Below, one piece after another: positions 1 through 15,100 of a stretch of DNA of 64,000 nucleotides (within the stretch, counting starts at the first letter, position 1; each line of letters begins with the position of its first letter). The stretch covers positions 11,270,795-11,334,794 of the forward strand of contig NC_092670.1 of NCBI RefSeq assembly GCF_964355755.1, in the 5' to 3' direction. The translations under genes were made by a program, and so were the position numbers. The notes under the pieces are model-generated. The model was not told where the DNA came from. It ran no database searches and was given only the letters and a program-made list of their open reading frames with translations. This DNA is from Antedon mediterranea (lineage: Eukaryota > Animalia > Echinodermata).

Positions 1-152
1 AGACTGTCATGGGCAAATACACCTGGTGGAGCTCATTCCTCTCCAGGCTGTGCGACAGTGGCTGTATATAAACTTAAGTACACCCGCCGAGGTTACCCCT
101 ATTCTCAAAAGACTAGGTTCTTTAAAGGGCATACTTTTAAAACTATTATTAC

Positions 153-3100
153 CTCAAATAAAGACTTGATGTATTCAACGTCTGTCTGTAGCGCCGCCAT
201 TTTTAGTTTGTAGACACTGTATCGCTGAGCATACTCCGCAAAACCCTCTGTTGTTGTTTCTTTGCATTTCATTCCCTGTTTGAAAAAAAAAAATAGACAC
301 AAATTCATGGTTTTCATATTTGTCTTTTGAAATGTAAAGCGCTGTTCACACTATCAAAATAGTTCGACAAAAAAAGGTGTGATGTGCCCAAATATGGTAG
401 TGATATGACAAAATATTGTAGTGATACGATATCATTATGTCCATATATGGGCACATCACATTTTTTTTGTATCATAAAGTTTGATAGTGTAGACTTATAC
501 TTAGAGCTTAATGAAATGTATTCATTAAAGATGGGCCAATAAGGTTGTATGCAATGACTTGAAATACTAACTAAAAATGCAGATTGGTTGATTCGATCTA
601 TATCATTTAATCACGTTAATTAGCATTTTCTTTTTTCAGATCATGTTAAGATTTAACGTGATAAAGAAGCTCATGTTATTAAGTTTCTGCAGGTTCAAAT
701 AGAAGATCAAATATTACATTCTTAGTTTTTTAGTCCCACCAAAGGAGGGGTTCTTATTTCCATGTCATACATGTTGAAATGTGATATGAATTGCTTCACT
801 TGCCTGAACAACATCTTGCACCTCACTTATAAAAGCTGTAGAAAAATGTTTGGCCTCCTGAGCCGTAAAATCAAGCAAATCTCGGAAAGCACCATTGAGG
901 GCAGGCACCAACGTCTCCTGTATAACACCACAGTCGACGTAAAATAGCTGGTTATCACTCGTGAAGAACCTGTCTACATTCTTAACACGTTCAACCCATT
1001 TACGAATCTGGCTTAACTGGGTCTGCAGGAAGAAAAATGCATTTGTTTTTTATACAACATCAAAATAAATATAGTAGTAGGAAAAATAATGATAATATGA
1101 TTAAAAATAAAGAAAGGAAAAAATATGATTAAAGATATTAACCCTTACATAGAAAAACTATTGTAGATCTAGTAACAACAAATAACAGAGAAGTACTATG
1201 TAAAAAGAACCCATAAATATAAATATTTAAGTGGTCCTAGTTTTAGAAACAATTGTGGATCTAGATCTATAAAAGCAATCATCTAGATAAATGACAGAAT
1301 TGAAGTAATCACCACCCGTATGTAGTAACTTTCCACATACTCCCAGTGTTCCTAGTTTTAGAAACAATTGCGGATCTAGATCTATAAAAGCAATCATCTA
1401 GATAAATGACAGAATTGAAGTAATCACCACCCGTATGTAGTAACTTTCCACATACTTCAGTGGTCCTAGTTTTAGAAACAATTGTGGATCTAGATCTATA
1501 AAAGCAATCATCTACATAAAAAATGACAGAATTGAAGTAATCACCACCCGTATGTAGTAACTTTCCACATACTTCAGTTGTCCTAATTTTAGAAACTACA
1601 GATCTATATTCTATAAAAAGCAATCATCTAGATTTCTAATGATTTTACCCTTGCATCATCATAGTTGATAGTGGTAAACCCATGCTGTAAAGAAAGTCAC
1701 AAAATGGATACAATTGAACGCATTATATAGGCCTAAAGAAAATCTTGTAATATTGGCCATGACATTGGAAATTTTGCAATGCGCAGACTCTCTAAAAGCT
1801 GGAAACTCTCCCCAAAGGTCTCAAAATTGTTTTTAAAAACACATTCAGAATACCAGACTTTCCAAAAAATCAGACATTAGCCCAGCCCAAGGGTGTCCAG
1901 TATTGGGAGAATAGACTGTACATTACTATATAAACAAAGATTGAATTAATTCATACCTCAATTGTATAGGCTTGTGCCTTGTGCCATGCATTGGCTGAAT
2001 CTTCATCCCATGATTCTGTAAATTTGTGTATCTCTGTCAGCCATGAATGTTCCGAACAGAACGTATCGATGTCTTGGATAGCATCGTTGAGTAACTTGAA
2101 ATACATCTTGTAGGAAACTTGCATTTCAACACTTAAAAAAAAGGAAAAATAATTGAATAAATGTATTTTCTAGACTCTGTGCACCTTTTAAGGATCATGT
2201 GAAAACTATTCTACTGCAGTTACAGTAACTACATTTTCATACTTTCTTGGGTTATTCCTCGGTTCATTCTTTTAACATTGTTATCTTGTGCTTTTTCTAT
2301 GCAATGTTTGTCTTTGTATTTTTGATAAAATAAAACTGAACTGAACTGCAATAATGTATGATTTTTCTAGTTTCAATGTAGAAGAAGTTTATGAGGAAGA
2401 CAATGAAATAACTGTGTATATGATTACCCACAAAATTCTTGCTAAATAATTGCATAAACAGGTTTTACAAGTAAAACATGTAGTAACTGGAGTAGAATAA
2501 TTTTGACATGGTACTTTGTACCCGATTCTTGATAGGAAATAATGTATTGTTTCATCATCTTTCCTATACCTATTTGAGGGGTGCTTATATACTCATTACT
2601 AGATATTGAGTATGATGATACATTCTACAGTAACAGGCATACTGATGATGATAATGATGATGATTTATATTGTCTGTCATGTTCAGAAAGAAACACTGCA
2701 AAACTTACTCTTGAGATAGTTTTTCTTGAAGATTACCCTTGTTGAGGGCGTTATATTGGCCAATGAATCCATGTCCTTCTACTGCAATACTGGTACCAAG
2801 ATTCATTCTTGGAACTAGGTCAGGGGTCAACACTCCCATGATATCAGATTCTTTGGTTGGATCCTCTACAAAAATTAAAATATACAAAATTGGACCATTG
2901 AGAGCTTGGCTTTTAAGGCAGTGTGGGTAATTAGCATAATCAGGTGCCACTGGACATTCCAAGGAGCAAATATAGTTGGGAACCTCCTACCTTTGAACAT
3001 TAAACAAACATCATTATTAAGTCACTCCTCAAAACTCACATTTTCTGATATTTTAGGCAGCGGCATGAGCAATGACTGTTGGAATGGCGCTATATTAAAC

Positions 3101-6100
3101 GAACAATTGATTGAACGTTACCTCTAATAGACATGGTTGGTTCCGTCAGATGGGTACTCACACCATCCTTTTCTGATGACGGTGTCTCGTTTTTTGTTTG
3201 TTGACTAACAGGAATCACTGGACTAGCAACACTCGCACAATCAGCTCTATAATGTTGCCAAATATCAAAATTGTATTAATTAAACTGTATTTCAGAGTAT
3301 ATAGAGTGACAATTAAGACGGAGTGCTACTTAACCAATAGCTACTGTAAATCAAAAAGAAATGCATACAGCTATATTGATTTGGTTTTGGTGATATAAAA
3401 CTAGATTAGAAGTCTTCTCAGACAACGATTGTAAACTATTTTTACTTGCCTTTAAGCAGGCATCATTTAGAATTTACTGTCCCTGTCAGTTCTATTATAC
3501 ATTTTTTATACTATTATGAACAGTGGTAATAGATAGGTATGTTATTGCATAATAAACTCACGGTCGTGCGCTGTGGTTTGACATGGCTGATGTTGTTTGC
3601 TCCTCTCTGGCCAATGCCCTGTCATCCATTGATGTTGCTTTCTCCCACATCACTTGCGCTACACCTTGTAAGCTACTGGTTACAATCTCTGAGAATTTGT
3701 CTTTACTTGGGAACAAACTCAAGCCACCTAATGTTATGAAATCAATAGAATAAATAAATATACATAAAATATTAATAAGGCTTTAGCACCCAGAAGTACC
3801 TGGTTATAAGCCAGCCACTAAAAATAGACCATAAAAAGTGAAGTCAAGTGAATCATAATTCAATACAAATTTTAATTTGTAATAGGTTATCAAGTCAAAT
3901 TTCATATTATTTCACACATCCAATATCAATGGAAAGTGTTAAACACAATTATTCCAAACCCTTGAAATGTCAGGTATTATACATTCATGCCGCAATGATC
4001 ATAGTAGTGGTATTCTGGGAACTCAGTGGTGACTACTTATAAGAAGTGGTCAAAGTATAAGCTAACTGAACAATTACAAACAAAATACAAAAAGTTTACC
4101 AAACTCACTTGATTCATTGAACACAAGCTTGGCAGAAAATAGAGCTGTTCTATTGTCTGCTCGTCCCTCAACCATGGTATGATTCAGAAAGGTACAAATG
4201 TTACTTCTTGCAAGTGCCAGCAGGTGGGCTAGGAGCATTTGATCAACCAGCTTCACAAAGTTACCTAGATATCTGATTCAAATAAAAAACAGTTGACTAA
4301 AGGAACAATACTACATCAGATTTGTGGGCAATGTGCCACGCCCAATACCTAAATACATATTATTATTATTATTATTTATGATATACATATCTTTATACAG
4401 TATTATTTTCATTATTATTTTTAAAAATCATTAAACACTTTCACAGTACTTATGTAGCTCTAAACATGTTGAACGTTACAAAAATTCCTAGACATTCAAG
4501 AAATGCAGAAATGTGTCTAGCTTGAAGAATGATTGTTCAGTAGGCAGCAACAGACCGCAATCATGAAAAAAGTGAAGCCTAGCTTACTTGTTAATGTTGA
4601 ATGAGACGAAAGAAGTAAAATGTGTTTGTTTTGTTTAAATATTTAGGCAAATTGCCAAAGATAATCATAGGCAAAATCATTCACTATCCTAAGGTGGCAA
4701 TCCTGTTCACATGAAAAACATACAGTATACACAAGATGTTCTACATAAACAAAGTCTTATTACAAGTCTTTGGGAGTGAAGTTGGAAATTGTCTTTAGAA
4801 AAATGACTTGATTTGAACCCAGGACCCTTGGATTGGTAGCCAAGCATTATAACCACCAAGCCACAACTTCACACCGTTTTAATGTATTGTTGTACTGTAT
4901 GTAAACATTCGCATCACAAAAAAACTCTTGACATGATGAATTATTTAGAATTCCTCCATGGTCTTAAGCTCTGTCTACACTATAAAACTAGTTTCACAAA
5001 AAAGGTGTGATATGTCCAAATATAATAGTGATATCGAACACATGTCTCACACATGCCTACAACAATTATCTTCCAACTTAAAGACCCCTTCCCTGCAATT
5101 TTGGATGTTTTTTGGAAAAGAATACATATATATCACTTTAAAAACATTAAACCATGTCATTCCTTGTCTTAAATGTACGTTTTATGGTAAATTATGATAA
5201 AAAGTGAGAAACAATGCACTACCTAAGTAGCTCGAGGCGATCGACCTCTCGTGGACGGTCTTAGGCCTAGCCTAGCTAGGCATAGTTTTGTAGGCCTAGC
5301 TGGTAAACATCGATAACGTACGAACATTGTACGCTAGCTATATACCTAGCCTGACGTTGTATAGTTGCTGCATTAATTGTCTTTCTATTTTTGCCAGACT
5401 CCGTTGATACAAATTGGGGAAAACCCGGTATTTTCGCTGAAAAGTTAGGAGTCTTCCATTTGTTTTGGCTTCACGATCGATCGGAAAGTGGGCGAATTAC
5501 AGGTGAAAAACAAAAATATCAATCCGCGCGCAATGCATTTTGGGATTTATAGCGGGCCGCTATAATTATTAGAATCGATTTATTTTTCACATTTTTAACC
5601 GTTTAAAGAAGAAAAAAGTTATCGCAATAGGACCATATAGTATTATTTTTACATTAAATATAGTTTGTGATCTTAAATTAGATCTAAAAAACGTAGGGAA
5701 TGGGGCTTTAAGTAAATATTACGCATTTCCTGTGTGTCCCCTTGTACAGCATGGCTAAAGGGAATGATGTACAATTAAAGAACTCGGATTGGATGATAAC
5801 TTATCAAGAGATAAAGTATTTTGTTTTGCCTACTTTGCTTCATCCTGGGCATCCCTGAGGTTTTTCCCTCTTTGTTCTTTCTTCATTCGTTGAACATGCA
5901 AGGAATCTTTTGAGCTGAAACAAGAAATTGAATGAATAAAATTCCAACGAACTTGTATCAAGGTAAGTCATTTTTACTCATTCTTTTGATTCTCAATCAA
6001 GCTTATGCATGAAAGGTTATGCAAGCGTTTCTAGTAGAAAAATTTACTCACAGAATTGAATACACTGAAACTATATTTCAATAAACTACACTGTATAAAT

Positions 6101-9100
6101 CTGAATAAACAATTAACTATAAAATCAACTGAACGTTATAGAAATTGTATTGTTAAGTTATATCTTGAAATATAAAACAGTTTATAACTAGAGGGTACTC
6201 CGAGAGTACAAACCTCCACCTACTGTAAAATTCCCCTACATAAAATGCCCCGGAAAATATATATATATATATATATATATTTTTTGTATTAGTTCTACAG
6301 TAAGTGTAAATAGGCTAACTGCACACAACAAAGTTGTGGATGAGAGTTTGGTGTAATGGTTATGTATCCAGCCTCTCACAGTTGAGGATTCAATGCCCGC
6401 TGAGGTTTTTTTTATATTTATTTATTTTTTTATTTATTTTTGTTGTGGAATTTGATCTTTGACCCTGACTCTTCAAAATATAACCACAATTATATGATGA
6501 GTCATTGATCATTGTGGCTAAGTTTGGTGAAAATCGGATAAAAACTGTGGTCCCTAGGCAGTAAAATAGTTTTGCTAGTTGTGACCTTGATCTGTGACCT
6601 TTTCTCCTCACAATCGTACTCATCCAAGTTTTGGGGCATAGATCATTGTGGCCAAATTTTGCCAGATTCGGATGAAAACTGTGGCCTCCAGGCTGTTCAC
6701 AGACCGATAGACAGACACACACACAAACATACAGGGATGAAAATATAACCTTCTTGGTGGAGGTAACAATTGAATGTTTATGAAATATGTTTTACTGTAA
6801 ATGTATTGTATTGTCAAGAGCCTTAATGATCAGCTTTGCTACCCTCATGAAACATGGTTCAACAAAAAATTAAAACAATTTATTTATACAATTTGTTTTT
6901 ACTTACAAAATTAATTTCTCATTTTTTGTTTGTGCTTCGCAAAAAGTTAACTTGGCAATTGTATCTTTACAAGTTGTGTCTACAACCAATTTGCAGTATC
7001 TGAAGAAAGAAGAGTGATAATTGGTAATTAATGAATAAGCAAAACATATGTCTTGTGTCTAAAATAATGATGTCAATATTACAAATAGGCCTTCAGCTGG
7101 TGTTTGTTGTCAAAAAACAGGTGCAAATATATTGGAAAATTGTAATCTCTTGGGAAACGAAAAATGGGGAATACACGTTTAAAAACAATGGCCAACTCTA
7201 ATTAAGGACACGCATGTTTAGTTTCCAAATACAGATTCTACCTTAGTTATTATTTAGAAAATAGGCTGTATACAATTGACATAATGCGGACGTACATCTA
7301 CATACTCCCGCCTTCTCACAAATCTGTCAATTCCTTAGGAAATCACTGGGCCATCTTATTCTATTTGATCACATCCCATATTAATATCGTCAATATCTTT
7401 ATTAGCAATATAATATTGTATTTCACAACTTACTCAAAGAATTTATCAAGTAACTGTTCTCCAGCTTTTTTCTTCTTCTTTGTAATTTGGTCAAATTCAA
7501 TCAGTGTGTAGCAGCGACTAGAAAAAACAATAATAAGCAAAATATAAAACTACAGTACAGGCAACTGATGTCCAATCTGAAATGAGATGAAAGATATGTA
7601 CTATATTAAGCTATGTCTACACTATCATTTTTATGTTAAAAAAAAGTGATATGCCAATATATGGATATGATGATGTCATATCACTACCATATTTGGGAAC
7701 ATCACACTTTTTTTGTCCAACTAGTTTGATAGTGTAGCAAAACATTTAGCTAGAATGTCAGAGAGATAATATCGGGCATAATGAAAGAATATTGTAAATA
7801 CTAATATGCTAGCTGATACAGACATCAACAAAGGCACGTCTTTATCCTATCCTAACTGTGTGATATATAAAGATGGGCCTTAATTTTTGAGGTGTTTGGA
7901 TGTAGCAAGCAATTTGTTTGGTTGTGAGAAATCCCTGCAGTAGAATAGATTGAAAACCTTGAGGAATTAGAAAGTTTCCTACAAGCGCAATTGGAGAAAG
8001 TATTGGCGGTTTTAGATCGAAGAATAAAAAAAAACAATGAAATATGCAAGTTGTTTGAATAGTTTCTTCTCTTATTATAATTGTTTACAAAATAGATCAT
8101 AATAAATCGTAATACCTTTTGTTGAATGGTAGAAATTCTATAGTGTGAAGTTCCTGCAGTAGTCGCGATACATGCAGTAAAGCTGATCCAAAAGTAGGAT
8201 TACATTTTAACAAGATGTTTGAGACATGGTGATGGGTCTTGCAAAAAGCCTTGTAACGTCGGTTGGCCCTCCACCTGTAGGAGATATATATTACCAAATT
8301 GTAAAGTGCAATGTGAACCATACTATTCCACAAACAATGGTTCACACAAAAAGTGATTGGTAGCAACTGCATATATAATAATAAAATGAGAATCTTGTGG
8401 AATCATTATTAAAGAACTATTAAAGAGCTGACATCAATCAATATTTTTTCTTATTTTGGTTCTTGGTAAATTTTTTATCTTTTATGATTCTTTTTTTGAA
8501 TGGATAGGATAGACAGATTCCCTTTTTTACTCAAGCTCATATGAATTCTGTTCCGCCAAGCACCCATATGGGAGTTTCAAAGTGTTGGGGAATGGAGCGG
8601 TGAAAATGGTTCTTCTGCATCATCTTCCTTTTTTGGTTACCTAGTCATTTCAAACTAGAGACAGCAAAATGACAGTAGCCTAGCTCATGACGATTTTTTA
8701 CTCTTTTTTGGAAAAAAGACTCTTGATTACTTACGTTAAAAATATTTTCCGCATAATAAAATATTTAAAGAATGGGATCTTTGTAAGTGCACTCCACAGA
8801 ACAGCCTCTCGATGCCAATCAAACAATTCCATGCTCTCGGCAGGTTCGCCTTTGACCTTATGCATGATTCCAAAGCATGAAATAATCCAGTGTTCCTCAG
8901 GATTAGCCTGAAAATAAATAATTGTTTTTAAATATAGAAGGTTTGTTTTCTGAATATTACACATAATGCTTCTCTATGATGTAAAACTTAAAAACCTCAG
9001 TCAAGGAATCTATAAGTTTATTGTTTTAAAAATATTTTCTTGAATGCACCAGAGTTGTACTGGAAAGCTTTAAAACTACACTTGAAAATTATCTGCTATC

Positions 9101-12100
9101 TTTGATTCAGTATGGCGGCCAAAATGGTGTCTACATTTTACACATGTTTTCATGTTTGTACAAATTTACAGCTACACCTGCATGCAACTATACACATGGG
9201 GTTTCAAAATGACCGGAATTGTATTTGGAAGGTTTAAAACTACATTCATTGAAACCAGTCCTGGGTATCTGTAAAAAAACTAACTAATTCAAAAACATTT
9301 ACCTTATGTTTTGGGACAACAACCAAGTCATATGGTCTGAAATGACGAGTCTCAGCTTTGTTAAGGTAAACAAAACTGGCTTTGCCCAAGTGACGGCCTT
9401 TCCCAAACTTCTCAACAGCTTCTTTTCCAGTCATTTGGGAAAGTACATGGTCCTATCATAAGAAAATTAAAAAAAATACATTGGAAAAAAACACTTATAA
9501 TGTGTACAAGTACATTCGAAAGTGAAAATCCTGAAACATTTTAATTATAGTATAGTATATGGCATGGTATATGGTATGCTATTTTTCTCCCACATACAGT
9601 AGCGACATACAACATGTATTAACAACACATGTAACACAAATAAAAAAACACCATCGCTATTATTGCGCACAGTGGTCATGATTAATGTTAATTAAGGCTA
9701 TCAATAAAATAAAATTCAAACAAGATACACATTCACACATCTTTATTCCATTCTAGGCCATTTCAAATCACCAACATTTCCTTCAAATGGTATGGATATC
9801 TCAAAACAAACTTTAAATTAAATTTCTAAATATTAAAACAAAGAGCTGCATGGGTTGGATTTATCTCAGACCTACTGTAGAATACTGTACAGTATGTCTG
9901 AGATAGCCTGGATACAGGAAAGATTGTTCATATAGTTCCCTTTAAGCTCTTTCAAGCTTAAGCCAATCCTGTGTCTTAAGACTATAAGGACTATAAACTG
10001 TAAGTCCAGTGTACACATCTGGTTCATGTGCACTTTAAGAACCTAGAGTACATCTTTTGAGACGAGTAGGGGTTTGTTTACATGTTCACACACAGTAACT
10101 GTCACAAACTCATCTGGGAGAACAGTCTTTGACTGAAGAGTCTACCCAGTGTAAAGCATAAATAATAATAAATATCTTATAACTTAAATTATAAACATAC
10201 TTGTTTTGGGTGTTCTTCAGCAGGAGTGTCAACTTGACATTCGGACTCTGTCAAGCTTTGTATGTCATCACTTAACGCTTCACTGGTTTCATGCTCAACT
10301 GTTGTCTCGGATACCTACAGAGATAAGAGGCAATAAATTAAAACAATTAGTAAATACAGTTAATTCTTCCAATACCAAACTCTCTGAAAACCGGACATTT
10401 TTCCAAAACCAGATATTTCTTGAGGTCAAAAACGTCTCAAAATCTTTTTTAATATTAAAAACATATTTTCAGGATATCATACTTTTTGGAAAACCAGACA
10501 TATCAGGCTACCCCAACGGTGTCCAGTATCAGGAGAGTTGACTGTTATTCAGGGAACACCCTACCGAAGCTGCCTTCTAATCCCAGGGTCCAGGGTGCAA
10601 TGCTGACCTAGCCCAGCATTAAAGTTTCTTCTCCACTTAAATGGAGCTGTACAGAAGCTTGGTGGTTAACATGCTTGCCTTCCAAGGTCCAGGTTCAATC
10701 CTGACCTAGTGCTAGGGCTGTAAACTCACTACTCTTTAAACTCTAATCCTTAGGCCTCAAATGAGACTTAGTTTATAAGCACAATTAATTATAAAATAGT
10801 TTATCAATCCTGTATTGGCTGTTGGATGTGTATGAAATAAGAAAAATAATTAAAAAATGAGAGTTCAGTTTATAAGCAGGAAAAGTTTATCTATCATGTA
10901 ATTGGAGAGTTACTTGCTGGATGTGTAGGAATTTAAAAATTAAAAAACCAGCTGGAATCTGAAAATACCTTCTCTGGTAAGTCAATATTAAGAGCAGCTG
11001 CAGTTAGTCCAAGTCCCTCACTCCAAATTGCCTCTCCTAAACACAAAAATCAAGATATTATACAGTTGACGCTCCTTGTGTGAATATATATCTTTCAAGG
11101 TCTCACTAGGACACAACAAAACAATGTAGAAACAATGGAAGTGAGTTGACCAATCACAAGAGATAGTTCAGATGATCCATCACTTCGTAATTGATCGAAT
11201 TGGTTGAGATACGCTTACATTGGATCCATGTGTGAACCAAGCATTAGTGGACATATCAAACAATTTTGTACTTAAAATTTTTATTTTTGTATAATACATG
11301 TCAAATCATATGACATGTCAAAATGTTGTGACAATATACATTGATGCATAACCCCAAGAGCCAAACCAGGCTTAGAAAGGAGGTTTTTGATTAAAAGAAT
11401 AGTGTTTGTCAATGTCCTGTGCATTCTCGGCTCTTATCTTCTCCAAACTGACTTACTTTGTGTAGTTTCCACAACCACACTGGGTAACGCTTCTTTCAAA
11501 TCACCAAAACAAAGACCTCTGGGAGAGATTTGATCATGAACATTCTAATAGAAAATAAAGAAACTCATAATATAGTTACATAAAAACAAAAACAAAAATA
11601 TGAATAGTATGTAAAGCTAAATAAAAAGACTATATTAAGCTCTGCCTATACTATCAAACTAGTTTGACAAAAAAAGTGTGATGTGCCCAAATATATGGTA
11701 GTGATATGCCCAAATATGGTAGTGCTATGACATCATCATGTCCATTTATGGGCACATCACATTTTTGTCACATAAAGTGTGATAGTCCAGTGTAGTTATA
11801 GAATAATAACTTTATTTTGAGTGATGTTTTTGCATCAGTGGCACAATCTATTCGGTAGTGCATCCTAATAAAATAAAACCATTAAAAGTTAAAAGCTAAA
11901 TAATACAAGTCAGAGGTGGATTTATACCCCTTATAATTAACTTGAAAAAATACACACTACAGAACCAGAGCTTATTGTTAATGCCTTAGGTGCCTCCTCC
12001 TTTAATACACAATGCTGGATCAGCTCCGGAAAGTGTACAATACATAAAGAACAAACCAAAATAACGAAAGAAAAACGAAACCAGAAATGTTTGTAAAAAA

Positions 12101-15100
12101 TGTCTTACCTTTGCACCAAGCTGATATGGATCTTTGCCATTGGGAAGTATCACAGGAACAATGCGTCTACGAACGGGGGTTACTGAAGGTGAAACTGAAG
12201 GTGGCGTTGGTGTTCGGTAGTTACGGATGTCACATTTAAATTTCTCCTAAAAAATGAATAAGATGAGTACATTTAAAGGATTTTTATGGTGAGATATTCA
12301 ATTGAAGTCTGACAATCAGTGGCGTACGGCTATGAGTGCTCACTGGCTAAACCCAGGGGTCCCGGGGTTTATGTGGGCCCCTGAGCAGTGCCCAGAGAAA
12401 AAAAAGGCATTAAAATATGTCGAAAATGGCTAAAAATACCCAAGGCAACACTGGAGGGCCACTAAGGGTTCCTAAAACAGGGGCCTTAGGCCTCAGCGTT
12501 ACGCCACTGCTAACATTAGAAGTATAATTGGGAAAACGTGGGTACTGAGGAGTCGGGGCTTGCTGTTGGATGGATTGCATATGAAATCAAAATACAAAAT
12601 AATCTATTTGTTGCCTGACAGCCATACTCAGAGTCACGTGAGAGATCACGATGCATCGCAAACTGTAAAATCAGTTTCTGTTTATTTATTTGTTGACCCA
12701 TTCACCTTTGGATCGGTGGCACTCACAACATGCGGTGCAGCGGTCCAAAAACAAAACAATAATTTGAAAAGGAAACAAACAGAAGGAAAACATAATGAGA
12801 GAAAAAAAGAAAAAACTAAAAGAAAATTAAATTAAATTAAATTAAAATAAACTATATACAAGCAACAATACAACAAAAACAGTCATTGTATTACTGTAAC
12901 CTTTTATTAAAAATTTGTATTTTGTATATTGATATTGTTTTTGTGTTTCCCTGTCTACTTTGGGATTTTGATATGTCATTAAAAAACCAAATGAAACAAA
13001 TGAATCACCAGGGAATAATTTCGCCAGTGTAGCATAGCAAAAAGCTATACAAAACAACCATTTTGCTACAGATTTTTAAATTTGTGTAGCAAAAAATACA
13101 ATACAAAACTATGTTTCTTGACTAAAAAATCAGTTTGATTAGCAATATTGCTAAACAAAATTTAAAAATGAAATTTTCCCCTGATCACTACATACATTTT
13201 CAACTTTAATAAAACCCTTTAGGTAATAAATGATCCTGTACACTTGTGATAATCGAATGTTACATGTTTATCTTCATTAATGAAAACTAAAGTACTGTAC
13301 CTTTGGGAACATGCTTGCAATTATGCTTTCAAGTTCCAAATCTTCAAACCGATGTTTTTGATTTTGTAAATGGAAACCGATTCTATCTATATAGTGCTTA
13401 ATCTGAAGGGAAAAAAACAGTAAAAAACAGTAATTCACCAGTGTCTATTTACAGTTAGGTGAAAAGGCCAGTAAAAGCTAAAACCTCCAAGTAACTGGTC
13501 CATTATGGCTATCAAATTGTTCACAGAAAATGTCATGATCATTCAAGATTATGAGATTAATTTTTAAAACAAGGTACAAGCTTGGTTGGTTGTACCATGA
13601 GGTACCTCCATGGTTGTACATGATTGTGTATAAATACATTTCAACAATACAGAGACAAGATTATACATATCATTAATACCATTATTATTATTTTGTTGTT
13701 AATTGCCCTGAAGTTGATTTGTTTTCTGATTAAATACACTGCTTTGTTTCCTGTTAACTTGTGGGTGGTGGGTGTTTTAAATCTTTTCAGTATATACATA
13801 TATATTTTATCTTTTTATATAACATCACCTGTAAGTGGGAACATTGTTTCTGTTGAAATGTTTTTGAATAAAAAAAAAATAAATAAAATACACACATGAT
13901 TACTGTTTAAAGATGTATTGTCCCTTTGACTAAATTCCAAAAAAATAAAAAAAAAAGATTTCGGAAAAAAAAGTGTGGGTCATTTTGAAGTATCATAATA
14001 GTTATAAACTTTCACCAAAAATTAGTCAAAAAAAAAAACATTTCAATGAAATACAGACGTTTTTTTGTTCAAAACATATCTCATAATGCAACGCGCTTGT
14101 TTGGCTACTCTGTATGCATAATCATAAAACTTCCTCGCGATCTGTGTAAGAACACCTTCTCAACCGTGACAAGTTGTAAATAATCCTAATTAGCATCATG
14201 CATAATGCATACACATGGTTTGAAATCTTTGTTTACTTTCTCTCGCGACTACTTTCCAGATGAAATGTAATCAAATTAATTTACCTGTTAATTACGTAAA
14301 CTTGTTTTTGCCTTGAATTCTCGACTTAAAGTGAATAACTTTAATATTACTTTGATATGGCCAATTTAAATATAGAATATTTTGACTTTCATTTTTTGTG
14401 TTTCAAAGGACAATCTTTAACTGATTAAAGTTATCTATTTAGTCGCATGTTCAAGTCTGGTATAGATAACATACTGTACACAAAAGTTTATTTAAAAAGA
14501 ATCTGAACCTTGTAATGTTGGTTTTAAAACCATGGTGTAATGACTAGGCCATCATAGAGGCAAGCTAGAGTACAAGCATCAACCACCAACCACAGTGCTG
14601 GAGTTGATTTTGACACTTACCTGAGGGTTTGATTGTAAGTATTTTGAATATGGCTTGCAGATGCCAAGCACTTCTTTTAGGTACATCCATTGGTAATAGC
14701 TAAAAAAAAGTTTCATTTCAGTTTTTTACCATTTTTTAACATTATTTTTATACTGAAGAAAAAGAAATTAATCACTTTGGTATAACTTAGCTTTAAATGT
14801 ATAGTATATTGTCACACAAAACATGACAAAATAAATCAAACTTTGGATAGGCCATTTTGTAGTTTTATTTAGAGTAAATACATTTGTTTCGACACAATAA
14901 ACTTTAGAATTAAATATGAGAGTGATAGGCCATACAATATATGTGGATCTCAACTGAATTGAGATGGTTTATCGTGGGTTAAAATATTTGTTGAAAAGGT
15001 GAGTTTTTAGAAGCTGTTTAAATGTGGTGGTTGTGTTAGCTTGTGGTATGTTGATAGGTAGACTATTCTGAAGGGTAGCTGCTGCCCATATAAATGAACA

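Noticed and set aside
1-61. Next DNHD1 exon at the window edge
   Set aside because: An acceptor-like site exists, but the short translation could not be matched to DNHD1 with confidence.
1309-1623. 104-aa repetitive ORF
   Set aside because: Translation of the 118-bp intronic tandem repeat.
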